Assembly: GCF_009914755.1 (NCBI RefSeq)
Contig: NC_060947.1
Source of the DNA: the human T2T-CHM13v2.0 reference genome, Homo sapiens
DNA: 64,000 bases
Reading direction: 5' to 3' (one strand)
The notes beneath the pieces are model-generated. The model had not been told where the DNA came from. It searched no databases and saw nothing but the letters and a program-made list of their open reading frames with translations. Both the position numbers and the translations under genes were made by a program. Below, piece by piece: positions 33,365 to 48,340 of this stretch (its first letter is position 1; each line of letters opens with the position of its first letter).

Positions 33365-36300
33365 AGAGGGAGGGGCCAACATGGCCAAATAGGAACAGCT
33401 CCAGTCTGCAGCTCCCAGTGAGTCCAATGCAGAAGACAGATGATTTATGCATTTCCAACTGAAGTGCCCACTTCATCTAATTGGGACTGGCTAGGCAATG
33501 AGTCCAACCCATGGAGGGCAAGCAGAAGCAGGGTGGGGGTGTCGCTTCACCAGAGAAGTGCAAGGGGCCAGGGACCAGCCTTCCCCCAGCCAAGGGAAGC
33601 CATGAGGGACTGTGCTACCCAGCTGGATTACTATGCTTTCCCCACGGTATTTGCAATCTGCAGATCAAGAGATTCCCTCATGTGCCTACACCAACAGGGC
33701 CCTAGGTTGAAAGCACAAAACTGGGCTGCTGTTTGGGCAGACACCAAGCTAGCCATAGGAGTTTTTTTCATACCCCAGTGGCACCTGGAACCCCAGTGAG
33801 ACAGAACTGTTCTCTCCCCTGGAAAGGGGGCTGAAGCCAGGGAGCCAAGTGGTCTCGCTCAGTGGGTCCCACTCCCATGGAATGCAGCAAGCTAAGATCC
33901 ACTAGCTTGAAATTCTTGCTGCCAGCACAGCAGTCTGAAGTCAACGTGGGATGATTGAGCTTTGAGGGGAGATGGGTGTCTGCCATTATTGAGGCTTTAG
34001 TAGGCAGTTTTTCCCTGACAATGCTAGGAGACTGAGAGGTCTGGGCTGGGCATGGCAAAGCAGCTATGGCCAGACTGCTTCTCTAGATTTCAGCTCACTG
34101 AGCAGGGCATCTTTGAAGGAAAGGTAACAGCCCCAGTCAGGGGCTTACAGACAAAACCCTCATTTCCCTGGGACAGAGTACCTGGGGAAAGGGGTGGCTA
34201 TGGGTGCAGCTTCAGTGGATTTAATCATTCCTGCCTGCCAGCTCTAAAGAGAGCAGCTGATCCTGACAAGAAGGATTCTCCCAGCACAGCGCACCAGCTC
34301 TGTTAAGTGACAGACCACTTCCTCAAGTGGGTCCCTGACCCCCAAGCCTCCTGACTGGGAGAAACCTCCCAACAGGGGTCGACAGATACCTCATACAGGA
34401 GAGCTCCGGCTGGCATCAGGCCGGTGCCCCTCTGGGATGAAGCTTCCAGAGGAAGGAGCAGGCAGAAATCTTTGCTGTTCTTCAGCTTCCGCTGGTGATA
34501 GCCAGGTGAACAGGGTCTGGAGCGGACTTCCAGAAAACTGCAGCAGACCTGCAGAAGAGGGACCTGGCTGTCAGAAGAAAAACTAACAAACAGAAATCAA
34601 CAACATCAACATCAACATAAAAGACCCCCACACAAAAAGCTCATCCAAAGGTCATCAGCCTCAAAGATCAAAGGTAGATGACTCCACCAAAATGAGGAAA
34701 AAACAGCACAAAATCGATGAAAATTCCAAAAACCAGAATGACTCTTCTCCAAATGATCACAACTGCTCTCCAGCAAGGGCAGAAAACTGGGTGGAGAATG
34801 AGACTGACGAATTGACAGAAGTAGGCTCCAGAAGGTGGGTAATAACAAAGTCCTCTGAGCTAAAGAAGTGTGTTCTAACCTAATGCAAGGAAGCTAAGAA
34901 CCTTGCTAAAAGGTTACAGGAACTGCTAACTAGAATAACCAGTTTAGAGAAGAACATAAATGACTTGATGGAGCTGAAAAACACAGCACGAGAACTTCGT
35001 GAAGCATACACAAGTATCAATAACTGAATCAATCAAGTGGAAGAAAGGATATCAGAGATTGAAGATCAACTTGATGAATGAAATAAGGCATGAGACAAGA
35101 TTATAGAAAAAAGAATGAAATGAACTAACAAAGCCTCCAGGAAATATGGGACTATGTGAAAAGACCAAACCTATGACTGATTGGTGTACCCGAAAGTGAC
35201 GGGGAGAATGGACCTAAGTTGGAAAACACACTTAAGAATATTACCCAGGAGGACTTCCCTAAACTAGAAAGACAGACCAACGTTCAAATTCAGAAAATAC
35301 AGAGGACACCACTAAAATACCTCTCAAGAAGAGCAACCCCAAGATACATAATTGTCAGATTACCCAAGGATGAGATGAAGGAAAAAAATGTTAAGAGTAG
35401 CCAGACAGAAAAGTTAGGTTACCTACAAAGGGAAGCTCATCAGACTAAAAGCAGATCTCTCTGCAGAAACTTTACAAGCCAGGAGAGAGTGGGGGCCAAT
35501 ATTCAACATTCTTAAAGAAAAGAATTTTCAAGCCAGAATTTCATATCCAGCCAATCTAAGCTTCATAAGGGAAGGAGAAATAAAATCCTTTACAAACAAA
35601 TGCTGAAGGACTTTATCACCACCAGGTCTGCCTTACAAGAGCTCCTGAAGGAAGCACTAAATATGGAAAGGAAAAACTGGGACCAGCCACTGGAAAAACA
35701 CACAATATAAAGACCAATGACACTATGAAGAAACTGCATCAACTAATGTGTAAAATAACCAGCTAGCATCATGATGACAGGATCCAATTCACACATAACA
35801 ATATTAACCTTAAATGTAGATGGGCTAAATGCCCCAATTAAAAGAAACAGACTGGCAAATTAGCTAAAGAGTCAAGACTCATTGGTGTGCTGCTTTCAGG
35901 AGACCCATTTCATGTACAAAGACACACACGGACTAAAAATAAAGGGATGGAGGAATATCTACTAAGCAAATGGAAAGCAAAAAAAAGCAGGGGTTGCAAT
36001 CCTAGTGTCTAATAAAACAGACTTTAAACCAACAAAGACCAAAAAAAGAGAAGAGCATTACATAATGGTAAAGGGATCAATGCAACAAGAAGAGATAACT
36101 ATTCTAAACATATATGCACCCAATACAGGAGCACCCAAATTCATAAAAGAAGTTCTTAGATACCTACAAAGAGACTTAGACCCCCACACAATAATAGTGG
36201 GAGACTTTAACACCACACTGTCAATATTAGACAGATCAACGAGACAGAAAATAAACAAAGATACTCAGGACTTGAACTCAGCTCTAGACCAAGTGGACCT

Positions 36301-39300
36301 AATAGACATCTACAGTACTCTACATTCCAAATCAACAGAATATACATTCTTCTTAGCACCACATAGCATGTATTTTAAATCAAAAACATAATTGTAAGTA
36401 AAACACCCCTCAGCAAATGCACAAGAATGAAAATCATAACAAACAGTCTCTCAGACCACAGTGCAATCAAATTAGAACTCAGGATTAAGAAAATCACTCA
36501 AAACTGCACAACTACATGGAAACTGTACAACCTGCTCTTGAATGACTACTGGGTAAATAAAGAAATTAAGGCAGAAATCAAGAAGTTCCTTGAAACCAAT
36601 GTGAACAAAGAGACAACGTACTAGAAACTCTGGGACACAGCTAAAGCAGTGTTTAGAGTGAAATTTGTAGCACTAAATGCCCACATCAGAAAGGTGGAAA
36701 GATCTGAAATTGACACTCGAATATCACAATTAAAAGAACCATAGAAGCAAGAGCAAAAAAATTCAAAAGCTAGCAGAAGACAAGTAATAAGATCAGAGCA
36801 GAACTGAAGGAGATAGAGACATGAAAAGCCCTTTAAAAATCGAGACTACCAGCTGGTTTTTTGAAAAGATTAACAAAACAGATGGACCATTAGCTAGACT
36901 AATAAAGAAGAAAAGAGAGAAGAATCAAATAGACACAATAAAAAATGATAAAGGGGATATCTATCACCACTGATCCCACAGAAATACAAACTACCATCAG
37001 AGAATACTACAAACACGTCTACGCAAATAAACAAGAAAATCTAGAGGAAATGGATAAATTCCTGGACACACACACACCCTCCCAAGACTAAACCAGGAAG
37101 AAGTCAAATCCCTGAGTAGACCAATAACAAGTTCTAAAACTGAGGCAGTAATTAATAGCCTACCAACCAAAAAAGGCCCAGGACCAGACGGATTCACAGC
37201 AAAATTCTACCAGACATACAAAGAGGGTCTGGTACCATTCCATCTGCAACTATTTCAACAATAGAAAAAGAGGGACTTCTCCTCAACTAATTTTATGAGG
37301 CCAGCATCATCCTGATGCCGAAACCTGGCAGAGACACAACAAAAAAATAAAATTTCAGGCCAATATCCCTGATGAACATTGATGCAAAAATCCTCAATAA
37401 AATACCAACAAACCAAATCCAGCAGCACATCAAAACGCTTATGCACCACGATCAAGGAGGCTTCATCCCTGTGATGCACAGCTGGTTCAACAAATACAAA
37501 TCAATAAACTTAATCCATCACATAAAGGACCAATGACAAAAACCACGTGATTATTTAAATACATGCAGAAAAGGCATTTGATAAAATTCAACATCCCATC
37601 ATGCTAAAAACTCTCAATCAACTAGGTATTGATGGAATGTATCACAAAATATAAGAGCTATTTATGACACACCCATAACCAATATCATACTGAATTGGCA
37701 AAGTCTTGAAGCACAAGACAAGGATGCCCTCTCTCACTACTGCTATTCAACATAGTATTGGAAGTTCAGGCCAGGACAATCAGGCAAAAGAAAGAAGCAA
37801 TGGGTATTCAAATAGGAAGAGAGGAAGTCAAATCGTTTCTGTTTGCAGATGACATGGTTGTATATTAGAAAACCCCATTGTCTCAGCCCAAAATCTCCTT
37901 AAGCTGATAAGCAACTTCAGCCAAGTCTCAGGGTACAAAATCAATGTGCAAAAATCACAAGCATTCCTATACACCAAAAATAGGCAAACAGTGAGCCAAA
38001 TCCTGAGTGAACTTCCATTCGCAATTGCTACAAAGAGAATAAAATACCCAGGAATTTAGCTTACAAGGGAGTGAAAGACCTCTTCAAGGAGAAGTACAAA
38101 TTACTGCTCAAGGAAATAAGAGAGGACACAAACAAATGGAAAAATATTTCATGCTCATAGATAGGAGTCAATATCATGAAAATGGCCATACTGCCCAAAG
38201 GAATTTATAGATTCAATGCTATCTCCATCAAGCTACCATTGACTTTCTTCACAGAATTAGAAAAAACTACTTTAAATTTCATATGGAACCAAACAAGAGG
38301 CCGCATATCCAAGATCAGCTTAAGAAAAAAAGGACAAAGCTGGAGGCGTCACGCTACCGGACTTTATACTACAAGGCTACAGTAACCAAAACCGCAGGGT
38401 ACTGGAACCAAAACAGTTATATAGATCAATGGAACAGAACAGAGGCCTCAGAAATAACACTACACATCTACAACCATCTGATCTTTGACAAACCTGACAA
38501 AAATAAGCAATGGGAAAAGGATTCCCTATTTAATAAATGGTGCTTGAAAACTGGCTGGCCATATCCAGAAAATGGAAACTGGACCCCTTCCTTACACCTT
38601 ATACAAAAGTTAACTCAAGATGGATTAAACACATAAATGTAAAACCCAAAACCATAAAAACCCTTGAAGAAAACCTAGGCAATATCATTCAAGCACAGGC
38701 ATGGGGAAAGACTTCATGACTAAAACACCAAAAGTAGTTGGAACAAAAGTCAAAATTGACAAATGGGATCTAATAAAACTAAAGAGCTTCTGCACAGCAA
38801 AAGAAACTATCATCAGAGTGAACAGGCAACCTACAGAATGGGAGAAAATTTTGCAATCTACTCATCTGACAAAGGTCTAACATCCAGAATCTATAAGGAA
38901 CTTAAATTTACAAGAAAAAAAACACACAACCCCATCCAAATTGGGCAAAGGATGTGAACAGACACTTCTGAATAGAAGACATTTATGCAGCCAACAAATA
39001 TATTTTAAAAAGCTCATCATCACTGGTCATTAGAGAAATGCAAATCAAAACCACAATGTAATACCATCTCACACCAGTTAGAATGGTGATCATTAAAAAA
39101 TCAGGAAACAACAGATGCTGGCAAGGCTATGGAAAAATAGGAATGCTTTTACACTGTTGGTTGGAATGTAAATTAGTTCAAGGCATTGTGGAAGACAGTT
39201 TGGTGATTCCTCAAGGATCTAGAACCAGAAATACCATTTGACCCAGCAATCCCATTACTGAGTATATACCCAAAGGATTATAAATCATTCTACTATAAAG

Positions 39301-39795
39301 ACACATGCACACATGTTTATTGCAGCACTATTTACAATAGCAAAGACTAGAAACCAACCCACATGCCCATCAATGATAGACCGGATAAAGAAAATGTGGC
39401 ACATATACACCATGGAATACTATGCAGCCATAAAAAAAAATGAGTTCATGTCCTTTGCAAGGACATGGTTGATGCTGGAAGCCATCATTCTCAGCAAACT
39501 AACACAGGAACAGAAGACCAAACACCACATATTCTCACTCATAAGTGGGAGTTTTACAATGAAAACACGTGGACACAGGGAGGGGAACATTATGCAATGG
39601 GGTCTGTTGGGGGATGTGGGGCAAGGGGATGGAGAACATTAGGACAAATACCAAATGCATGCAGTTCTGAAAACCTAGATAACAGGTTGATAGGTGCAGC
39701 AAACCCCCATGGCACATGTTTACCTATGTAAAAAAACCTGCGCGTTCTGCACTTGTATCCCAGAACTTGAAGTAAAAAAAAGAAAAAAGAAAGAA
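33365..39795 (+). mobile_element. Full-length decayed L1PA8-like element inside L1PB ORF1
   Basis: 5'UTR ggccaacatggccaaataggaacagctcc; broken ORF1 and ORF2; 3'UTR and A tail at ~39774-39795. Confidence 0.92.
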
Positions 39796-40693
39796 AGTAG
39801 AAAGAATAAGAAAAAATGCACAAAGCCTCCAAAAAGTCTGGGATTATGTTAAATGACCAAACCTAAGAATAATTGGCTTTCCTGAGGAAGAAGAGAAGTC
39901 TAAAAGTTTGGAAAACATATTTGGAAAAAAATATAGGAAAACTTACCCAGCCCTGCTAGATACCTAGATAAGCAAATACAAGAAGCTCAAAAACACCTGG
40001 GAAATGTATCACACAAAGATCATCACCTAGGCACGTTGTCATCAGGTTATCTAGTGTTAAGATGACGAAAGTAATCTTAAGAGCTTTGAGCCAAAGCACC
40101 AGGTAACCTGTAAAAGAAAACCTATCAGATTATTTATTTATCAGCAGAAATTTTACAAGCTAGAAGGGTATCGAGCCCTATCTTAAGCCTCCTTGAACAA
40201 AACAATTATTAGCCAAGAATTTTTGTATCCAGCAAAACTAAGCTTCATAAAGGAAGAAAAGATATGGTCATTTTTGAACAAACGCAGAGAATTCACCTCT
40301 ACCAAGGCAGCACTACAAGAACTGCTAAAATGAGCTCTAAATCTTGAAACAAATCCTGGAAACACATCAAAACAGAACCTCTTTAAAGCATAAATCTGAC
40401 AGAACTATAAAACAAAAATACAATTAAAAACAGCACCAAGGTATACAGGCAACAAATAGCATGATGAATAAATAGTACGTCACATCTCAATACTAACATT
40501 AAATGTAAATGACCTAAATGCTCCACTTAAAAGATACAGACTTGCAGAATAAATATGAATTCACCAACCATCTATCTGCTGCCTTCAAGAGACCCAACTA
40601 ATACATATGGACTCATATAAACTTAAAGTAAAGGGGTGGAAAAAGACATTCCATGCAAATGGACATCAAAAGCAAGCAAGACTAGCTATTCTT

Positions 40694-41008
40694 TTTTTTT
40701 TTTTTTTGAAGTTTGAATTTTTTTTTATTATTATTATACTTTAAGTTTTAGGGTACATGTGCACAATGTGCAGGTTAGTTACATATGTATACATGTGCCA
40801 TGCTAGTGTGCTGCACCCATTAACTCGTCATTTAGCATTAGGTATATCTCCTAATGCTAACCCTCCCCCCTCCCCCCACCCCACAACAGTCCCTAGAGTG
40901 TGATGTTCCCCTTCCTGTGTCCATGTGTTCTCATTGTTCAATTCCCACCTATGAGTGAGAACATGCGGTGTTTGGTTTTTTTGTCCTTGCGATAGTTTAC
41001 TGAGAATG
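40694..41008 (-). mobile_element. Short young L1PA (PA3/4-like) 3' end
   Basis: Poly(T) plus 3'UTR; TSD gactagctattctt on both sides (~40680 and ~41008). Confidence 0.92.
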
Positions 41009-41574
41009 ACTAGCTATTCTTATATCAGACAAAACAAACTTTAAAGCAATAGCAGTTAAAAAAGAGAGAAATATTATATAATAATAAAAACCCTTATCCA
41101 ACAGAAAATGTCACAATCCTAAATATATATGCACTTAACATTGGAGCTCCTAAATTTATAAAACAATTACGACTGGACCTAAGAAATGAGATAGACGGCA
41201 ACACAATAATTGTCAGGGACTTCAGTACTTCATTGACAGCACTAGACACGTCATTGAGACAGAATATCAACAAAAAAAATGGATTTAAACTGTACCCTGA
41301 AACAAATGGACTTAACAGATATTTACAGAACATTCTACCAAGCAACCACAGAATACACATTCTATTCATCAGCCCATGGAACTTTCTCCAAGACAGACCA
41401 TACAATAGACCACAAAACAAGTCTCAATATATTTTAAAAATTGAAATTATATCAAGTACTTTCTCAAACCACAGTGGAATAAAATTGGAAATCAACTCCA
41501 AAAGGATCCTTCAAAGCCATGCAAGTATATGAAAATTAAATAACCTGCTCTCAGTTGATCATTGGGTCAACAAC

Positions 41575-41833
<259 letters not shown>

Positions 41834-44800
41834 TTAAAAAATTCTTCCAACAGAATGACAATAGTGACACAACCTATCAGAACTTCTGGGATACAGCAAA
41901 TGTGGTGCTAAGAGGAACATATATAGGCCTAAATGCCTACATCAAAAAGTGTGAAAAAGCACAAATAGACAATCTAAGGTCACACCTCAAGGTACTAGAG
42001 AAACAAGAACAAACCAAACACAAACCCAGCAGAAGAAAGGAAATAACCAAGATCAGAGCAGTAATAAATGTTGAAACAAACAAAATAAAATACAAAAGGT
42101 AAAGGAAACAAAAAGCTGGGTCTTTGAAAAGACAAAGTTGATAGACCATTAGCAAGAGTAACCAGGAAAAGAATAGGGAAAACCCAATTAAGCTCAATTA
42201 GAAATGAAACAGAAGGCATTAGAACTGACACCACAGAAATACAAAAGGTTATTTAAGGCTACTATGAACACCTTTACACACGTAAACTAGAAAACCTAGA
42301 AAAGATGAATAAATTTCTGAAAAAATACAATTCTCCTACCTTAAATCAGGAAAAATTAGATATCCTGAACAGTCCAATAACAAGCAGCGAGATTGAAATG
42401 GTAAGTTAAAAATTATCAGCAAAATAAAGTCCAGAACCAGACGGAATTCTACCAGTCATTCAAAGAATTCACAGCTGAATTCTACTAGCCATTCAAAGAA
42501 AATTGGTATCAATCCTGTTGACACTATTCCACAAAATAGACAAAGAGGGAATCCTCCCTAAACCATTCTCTAAAGCCAGTATTACCCTAATACCAAAACC
42601 AGGAAAGGACTTAACCAAAAAAGAACACTACAGACCAGTATCCCTGATGAACATAGATGCCAAAATCGCAACAAAATACTAGCTAACCAAATCCAACAAC
42701 ATTAAAAAGATAGTCCATTGTGATCAAGTAGGTTTCATACCAGAGATGCAGGGATGGTATGCAAGTCAATAAATGTGACTTAACATATGCAAGTCAATAA
42801 ATGTGACACACCTTATAAAGAGAATTAAAAACAAAAATTACATGATCATCTCAATAGACACAGAAAAAGCATTTGACAAAATCCAGCATCCCTTTATGAC
42901 TAAAACTCTCAGCAAAATCAACATACAAGAGACATACCTCAATGTAGTAAAAGCCATCTATGACAAACCCACAGCCAACATAATACTGAATATGGAAAAG
43001 TTGAAAGTATTCCTTCTGAGAAACAGAACATGACAAGGATACCCACTCTCACTACTTCTATTCAACGTAGTACTGGAAGTTTTAGCCAGAGCAATCAGAC
43101 AAAGGAAATACATAAAGGGCATTCAAATTAGTAAAGAGAAAGTCAAACTCTCGGTGTTTGCTGATGATATGATTGTGTACCTAGAAAACCCTATAGACTC
43201 CTCCAGAAAGCTCCTAGAACGGATCAAAGAATTCAGCAAAATTTCAAGATACAAAATTAGTGTACACAAATCAGTAGTTCTCCTATACACTAACAGCAAC
43301 CAAGTTGAGAATCAAATCAAGAACTCAACCCCTTTTAAAATACCTGAAAAAAAATACTTAGGAATATACCTAACCAAGGAGATGAAAGACCTCTACAAAG
43401 AAAACTATAAAACACTGCTGAGAGAAATGATAGACGACATAAATGAATAGAAACATATCCCATGCTCATGAATGGGTAGAATCAATATTGTGAAAATGAC
43501 CATCCTACCAAAAGCAATCTACAAATTCAACGCAATTCCCATCAAAATATCACCATCATTCTTCACAGAGCAGAAAAAACCATCCTAAAATTCATAGAAA
43601 GCCAAAAAAGAGCCCACATAGCCAAAGCAAGACTAAGCAAAAAGAACAAATCTGCAGGCATCACATTATCTGATTTCAAGCTATACTATAAGGCCATAGT
43701 CACCAAACAGCATGGTACTGGCATAAAAATAGGAACATAGACCATTGGAACAGAATAGAGAACCCAGAAATAAACCCAAATCCTTACAGCCAACTGATCT
43801 TTGTCATAGCAAACAAAAACATAAAGTGGGGAAAGGACACCCTATTCAACAAATGGTGCTGAGATAATCGGCAAGCCACATGTAGGAGAATGAAACTGGA
43901 TCCTCACCTCTCTCTTTATACAAAAACAAACTTAAGATAGATCAAGGACTTAAATCTATGTCCTGAAACTATAATAATTCTAGAAGATAACATTGGGAAA
44001 ACCCTTCTAGACATTCGCTTAGGCAACAATTTCATGACCAAGAACCCAAAAGCAAATGCAATAAAAACAAAGATAAATAGCTGGGACTTAATTAAACTAA
44101 AGAGCTTTTGCACGTCAAAAGGAACAGTCAGCAGAGTAAACAGACAACCCATAGAGTGGGAGAAAATCTTCACAATCTATACATCTGATAAATGACTAAT
44201 ATCCAGAATCTACAATGAACTCAAACAAATTAGCAAGGAAAAACCCACCAAAAAGTGGGTTAAGGACATGAATAGATAATCTTAAAAGAAGATATACAAA
44301 TGGCCAACAAACATATTAAAAAATTATCCACATTACTAATGATCAGAGAAATGTAAATCATAACTACAATGCGATACCACCCTACTCCTGCAAGAATGGC
44401 CATAATCAAAAAATTTAAAAAAAAAAGATGTTGGCATGGATGTGGTGAGGAGGGAACACTTCTACACTGCTGGTGGGAATGTAAACTAGTGCAGCCACTA
44501 TGGAAAACAGTATGGAGATTCCGTAAAGAAATAAAAGTAGATCTACCATTTAATCCAGCAATCTCACTACCCAGAGGAAAAGAAGTAATCATACGAAAAA
44601 GATACTTGCTCACGCATGTTTACAGCAGCACAATTTGCAATTGCAGAAATGTGGGACCAACCCAAATGCCCATCAATCAGACTGGATAAAGAAACTGTGG
44701 TATATATATGCAATGGAATACTACTCAGTCATAAAAAGAAATGAACTAATAGCATTCACAGCAACCTGGGTGGGATTGGAGACTATTATTCTAAGTGAAG

Positions 44801-46206
44801 AAACTCAGGAATGGAAAAACAAACATTGTATTTTCTCGCTCATAAGTGGGAGCTAAGCTGTGAGGATGCAAAGGCATAAGAATCACACGATGGGCCTTGG
44901 GGACTCAAGGGGAAAGGGTGGGAAAAGAGTAAGGGATAAAAGGCTGCAAATTGGGTTCAGTGTATACTGCTCAAGAGATGGGTGCACCAAAATCTCACAA
45001 ATCACCACTAAAGAACTTACTTATGTAACCAAATACCACCTGTTCCCCAAAAACCTACAAAATTATAAAATCTTAACAAAACACAAAAAGAAGATATATA
45101 AATGGCCAACATACATGAAAAAATTCTCAACATTATTAGTAATCAGGGAAATACAAATTAAAATCCTATTGTGATATCACCTTACCCTAGTCAGAGTGGC
45201 CATTTTTAAAAAGTGAAAAACAATAGATATTGGCATAGATATGGTGAAAAAGAAATGCTTATGCACTACCAGTGGGAATGTAAATTAGCAAAATCTTTAT
45301 GAAAAACAGTATGGAGATTTCTCAAAGAACTAAAAGTAGCTCTACAATTTGATCCAGCAATCCCACTACTGTGTAACTACCCAAAGGAAAAGAAAAAGAA
45401 GTCAGTATATCAGAAAGACACCTGCATATGTATGTTTATTGCAGCACAATTTACAACTGTAAAGACATGGAATCAAGCTACTTGCCCATAAGCTGATGAG
45501 TGGATAAAAATAATGGAATATAAATATAAGTATAAATATGACTATATATATATTCACACACCATGAAATACTAATCAGTCATAAAAAGAACAAAATAATG
45601 TATTTTGCAGCAACTTGGAGCGAAATGGAAGCCATTGTTCTAAGTGAACTAACTTGGGAATTGAAAAGCAGATACCACATGTTCTCACATATAAGTGGGA
45701 ACTAAGCTATGTGTACACAAAGGCATACAGAATGGCATAATAGACATTGGAGATGCAGAAGGGGTAAGGTTGGGTGGGAGGTGATGAATGAAAAACTAAC
45801 TATTGGGTAATATGTACACTACTCAGGTGATGGGTGCACTAAAATCCTAACTTTACCATTATACAATTTATCCATGTAACAAAAAATCCGCTTGTAGCTC
45901 TAAAGATATTAAAATTAAAAAATTAAGAAAAGCAAATCCATCTTTCATGTTTTTCCTAAAATTATCTTTCTTATATCTTATTATTTCTGGTCATAAAGTA
46001 ATTTTTTCTTGTTGACCTGGAAAAGTTAAGTAGCAGAGTGCTTCTAATAATAAAGTACAACTTACAAGTTACAGAATGTCAATACTAAATAAAAAATAAA
46101 GTCTAGGCCCAGAATTGGCATAGCATCCCTTTTGCCACATTCTATTGGTCAGAGCAGCCATGGGCTGGAAGTTTAGTCTGTAAAGAGTTTTAAACAAAAG
46201 GGCTCA

Positions 46207-46332
46207 GGAGCCAGGCATGTTGCTGCATGCCTATAGTTCCATCTACTCAGGAGGCTGAGGTGAGAGGATTGCCTGAGACCAAAAGTTCAAGGCCAGCCTG
46301 GGCAACATAGTGATACTCCATTTCTTAAAAAA
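46207..46332 (+). mobile_element. Alu monomer (FLAM-like)
   Basis: Single left-arm-like unit with short A tail. Confidence 0.75.
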
Positions 46333-46444
46333 GAGAGGGGCTCTGGTCTTAGTGATACCAGTTACAACTAACGATGAAGATAAGGTACTTTTTTGAAAAC
46401 CTCACAGTAAATTAGTTGAAAGTCTACATACTAATCAGTGAGAC

Positions 46445-46808
46445 TGTGATGGCTAATTTTATATGTCAACTTTAAGGGTGCTTTTGGATGAAATTAAGAT
46501 TTCAATTTGTGAACTTTGAGTAAGCAGATTGCTCTTCCTAATGTGGGTGGGCTTAATGTAACCACTTGAAAGCCTAAATAAAACAAAAAGATTGAACTCC
46601 TGAGCAAGATGAAATTCTCCAGAAGACTTTATCTTCATTTTCAAATTTTACCTGCACATCAACCCTCCAGGGTCTCTGCTTGCCAGCCTTTGGACTGGAA
46701 CTGCACCAATGGCTCTTCTGGATCTGGTGTCTGTGGACCTACATGGAAGATTTTGACTTGCCAGTCTGTATAGTCACATAAGCCAATTCCTAATAATAAA
46801 TTTCTTAC

Positions 46809-46845
<37 letters not shown>

Positions 46846-46925
46846 CTTTATATAAATACATGTCTTTCTGTGTATACACATATTTCATTGGTTCGATTTC
46901 TCTGAAGAAACCTAAGAAATACAGA
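46445..46925 (+). mobile_element. MLT2 (ERVL) solo LTR with (CA)n at 46812-46844
   Basis: tgtgatggctaattttatatgtcaact...gagtaagcagattgctcttcctaatgtgggtgggc. Confidence 0.85.
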
Positions 46926-46929
46926 AGCC

Positions 46930-47600
46930 AACAGCCTCCTTTTTTACTTGGGTTTTTAGAATATTGGTACTTAAACTTATGCATCTAGACAAGAATTTGG
47001 ATGATTCCTTCCTAGGGAAACTCAGTAGCTAATGAGAAAAGGCTCATAAAATGACCAAATTCCTACAGAATTTCTCAGGGTGTCATTAGTTGATAAGCTT
47101 CACTCAATCAACTTTTTTAGTGCCTCATTCATAAATCTGAGGGTTAAGCATCTTAAATCACACGGTATTTGAGAAAAGACTTTAACATTCAATGCAGAGA
47201 CAAAAGCAGGCCAAAATTGGGATGGGGTGAGAATATTGGAGGAAATATAGTAGTCCAGGGATAGTAAACTTAAACAAAACTCACAACAGCAACAAGCTGT
47301 TGTAAAATTAATACCAGAAGAGAGAGAGAAAAAAGGTTGTATCAAGAAATGGGAACAGCATACTATGAAATAAGGAAAAGTATGGGATAAGAACAAGCTC
47401 ATGGAAATAAAAAATAAAACAGAAATATATAACTCAATAAATAGGTTGGATAAAAAGTTAAGAAAATATTCCAGAAAGAAGAAAAAAGACCGAGAGAAGC
47501 AAAATAGAAAAGAAAAGATTTTTAAAATAGGAAACGAATCCACAAGGTCCAACATCCATCTAGTAGAAGCTGTGGAAACAGAGAATAGAGAAAATGGAAA
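46930..47600 (+). mobile_element. Old L1M 5'/ORF1 fragment
   Basis: EIKNKTEIYNSINRL...STRSNIHLVEAVETENREN is ORF1-like. Confidence 0.65.
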
Positions 47601-47602
47601 AT

Positions 47603-48055
47603 TGTGGTAGCTAACACCAAAACATGGCTCCCCAATGAACCATGCCTCCCATATTCATGTCCCTGCCTATTTTCCTCTCCTTGAATTTGGGCTGACCTTT
47701 GACTTGCTTTAGGAACAATAAAATGTGACAGAAGTAATATATGTTTTTACAGCCTAGGTCATTAGAAGCCTTGCAATTTGTGCCTGAGTCTTTGCAATAC
47801 ACACTCTGGGGGAAGTCAACCACCATGAAATAAGTTGTGCTATCTAGAGACTACCACGTTGTAAAAAAGACCAAGCTAACTATATGAAACACCATTCCAG
47901 TTGAAGTGCTAGACATGTGATTGAGGAAGCCATCTTATTAAATGTCTTCCCAGTCATGCCTTTAGTTGACTCTAGCCCCAGTCATTATATGCCTACAACA
48001 ATATGAGAAACCTCAAGTGAGAACTTTCCAACTGAGCCCAGTTAACTTACATGTC
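47603..48055 (+). mobile_element. MLT1 LTR
   Basis: tgtggtagc...atggctcccca...ttgaatttgggctgacctttgacttgcttt. Confidence 0.75.
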
Positions 48056-48099
48056 TGGGTGAGTTAGATACTACATTTTATGAAAGTTGGCAATGCTAA

Positions 48100-48340
48100 T
48101 CCCCCACAAATACTACCTTCTTCCAGGTCTCTGTCATACTCTCATCTAGCTACATTACTATTCTTCTACAGAATCAAAAAATTTGTAATTATGTAATTAT
48201 TTATGTGGTTATAATATTCTGGTTTTCTGTCCTGAATGAGGGCAAAGAATATCCCCATTTTCTTCACTGATGTAACATGAATACCTAATTAACATCCAGT
48301 AGGTACTCAATAAATATTTATTGACTGAATAAATTGAATA
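48100..48340 (+). mobile_element. L2 3' end
   Basis: cagtaggtactcaataaatatttattgactgaataaattgaat. Confidence 0.8.
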
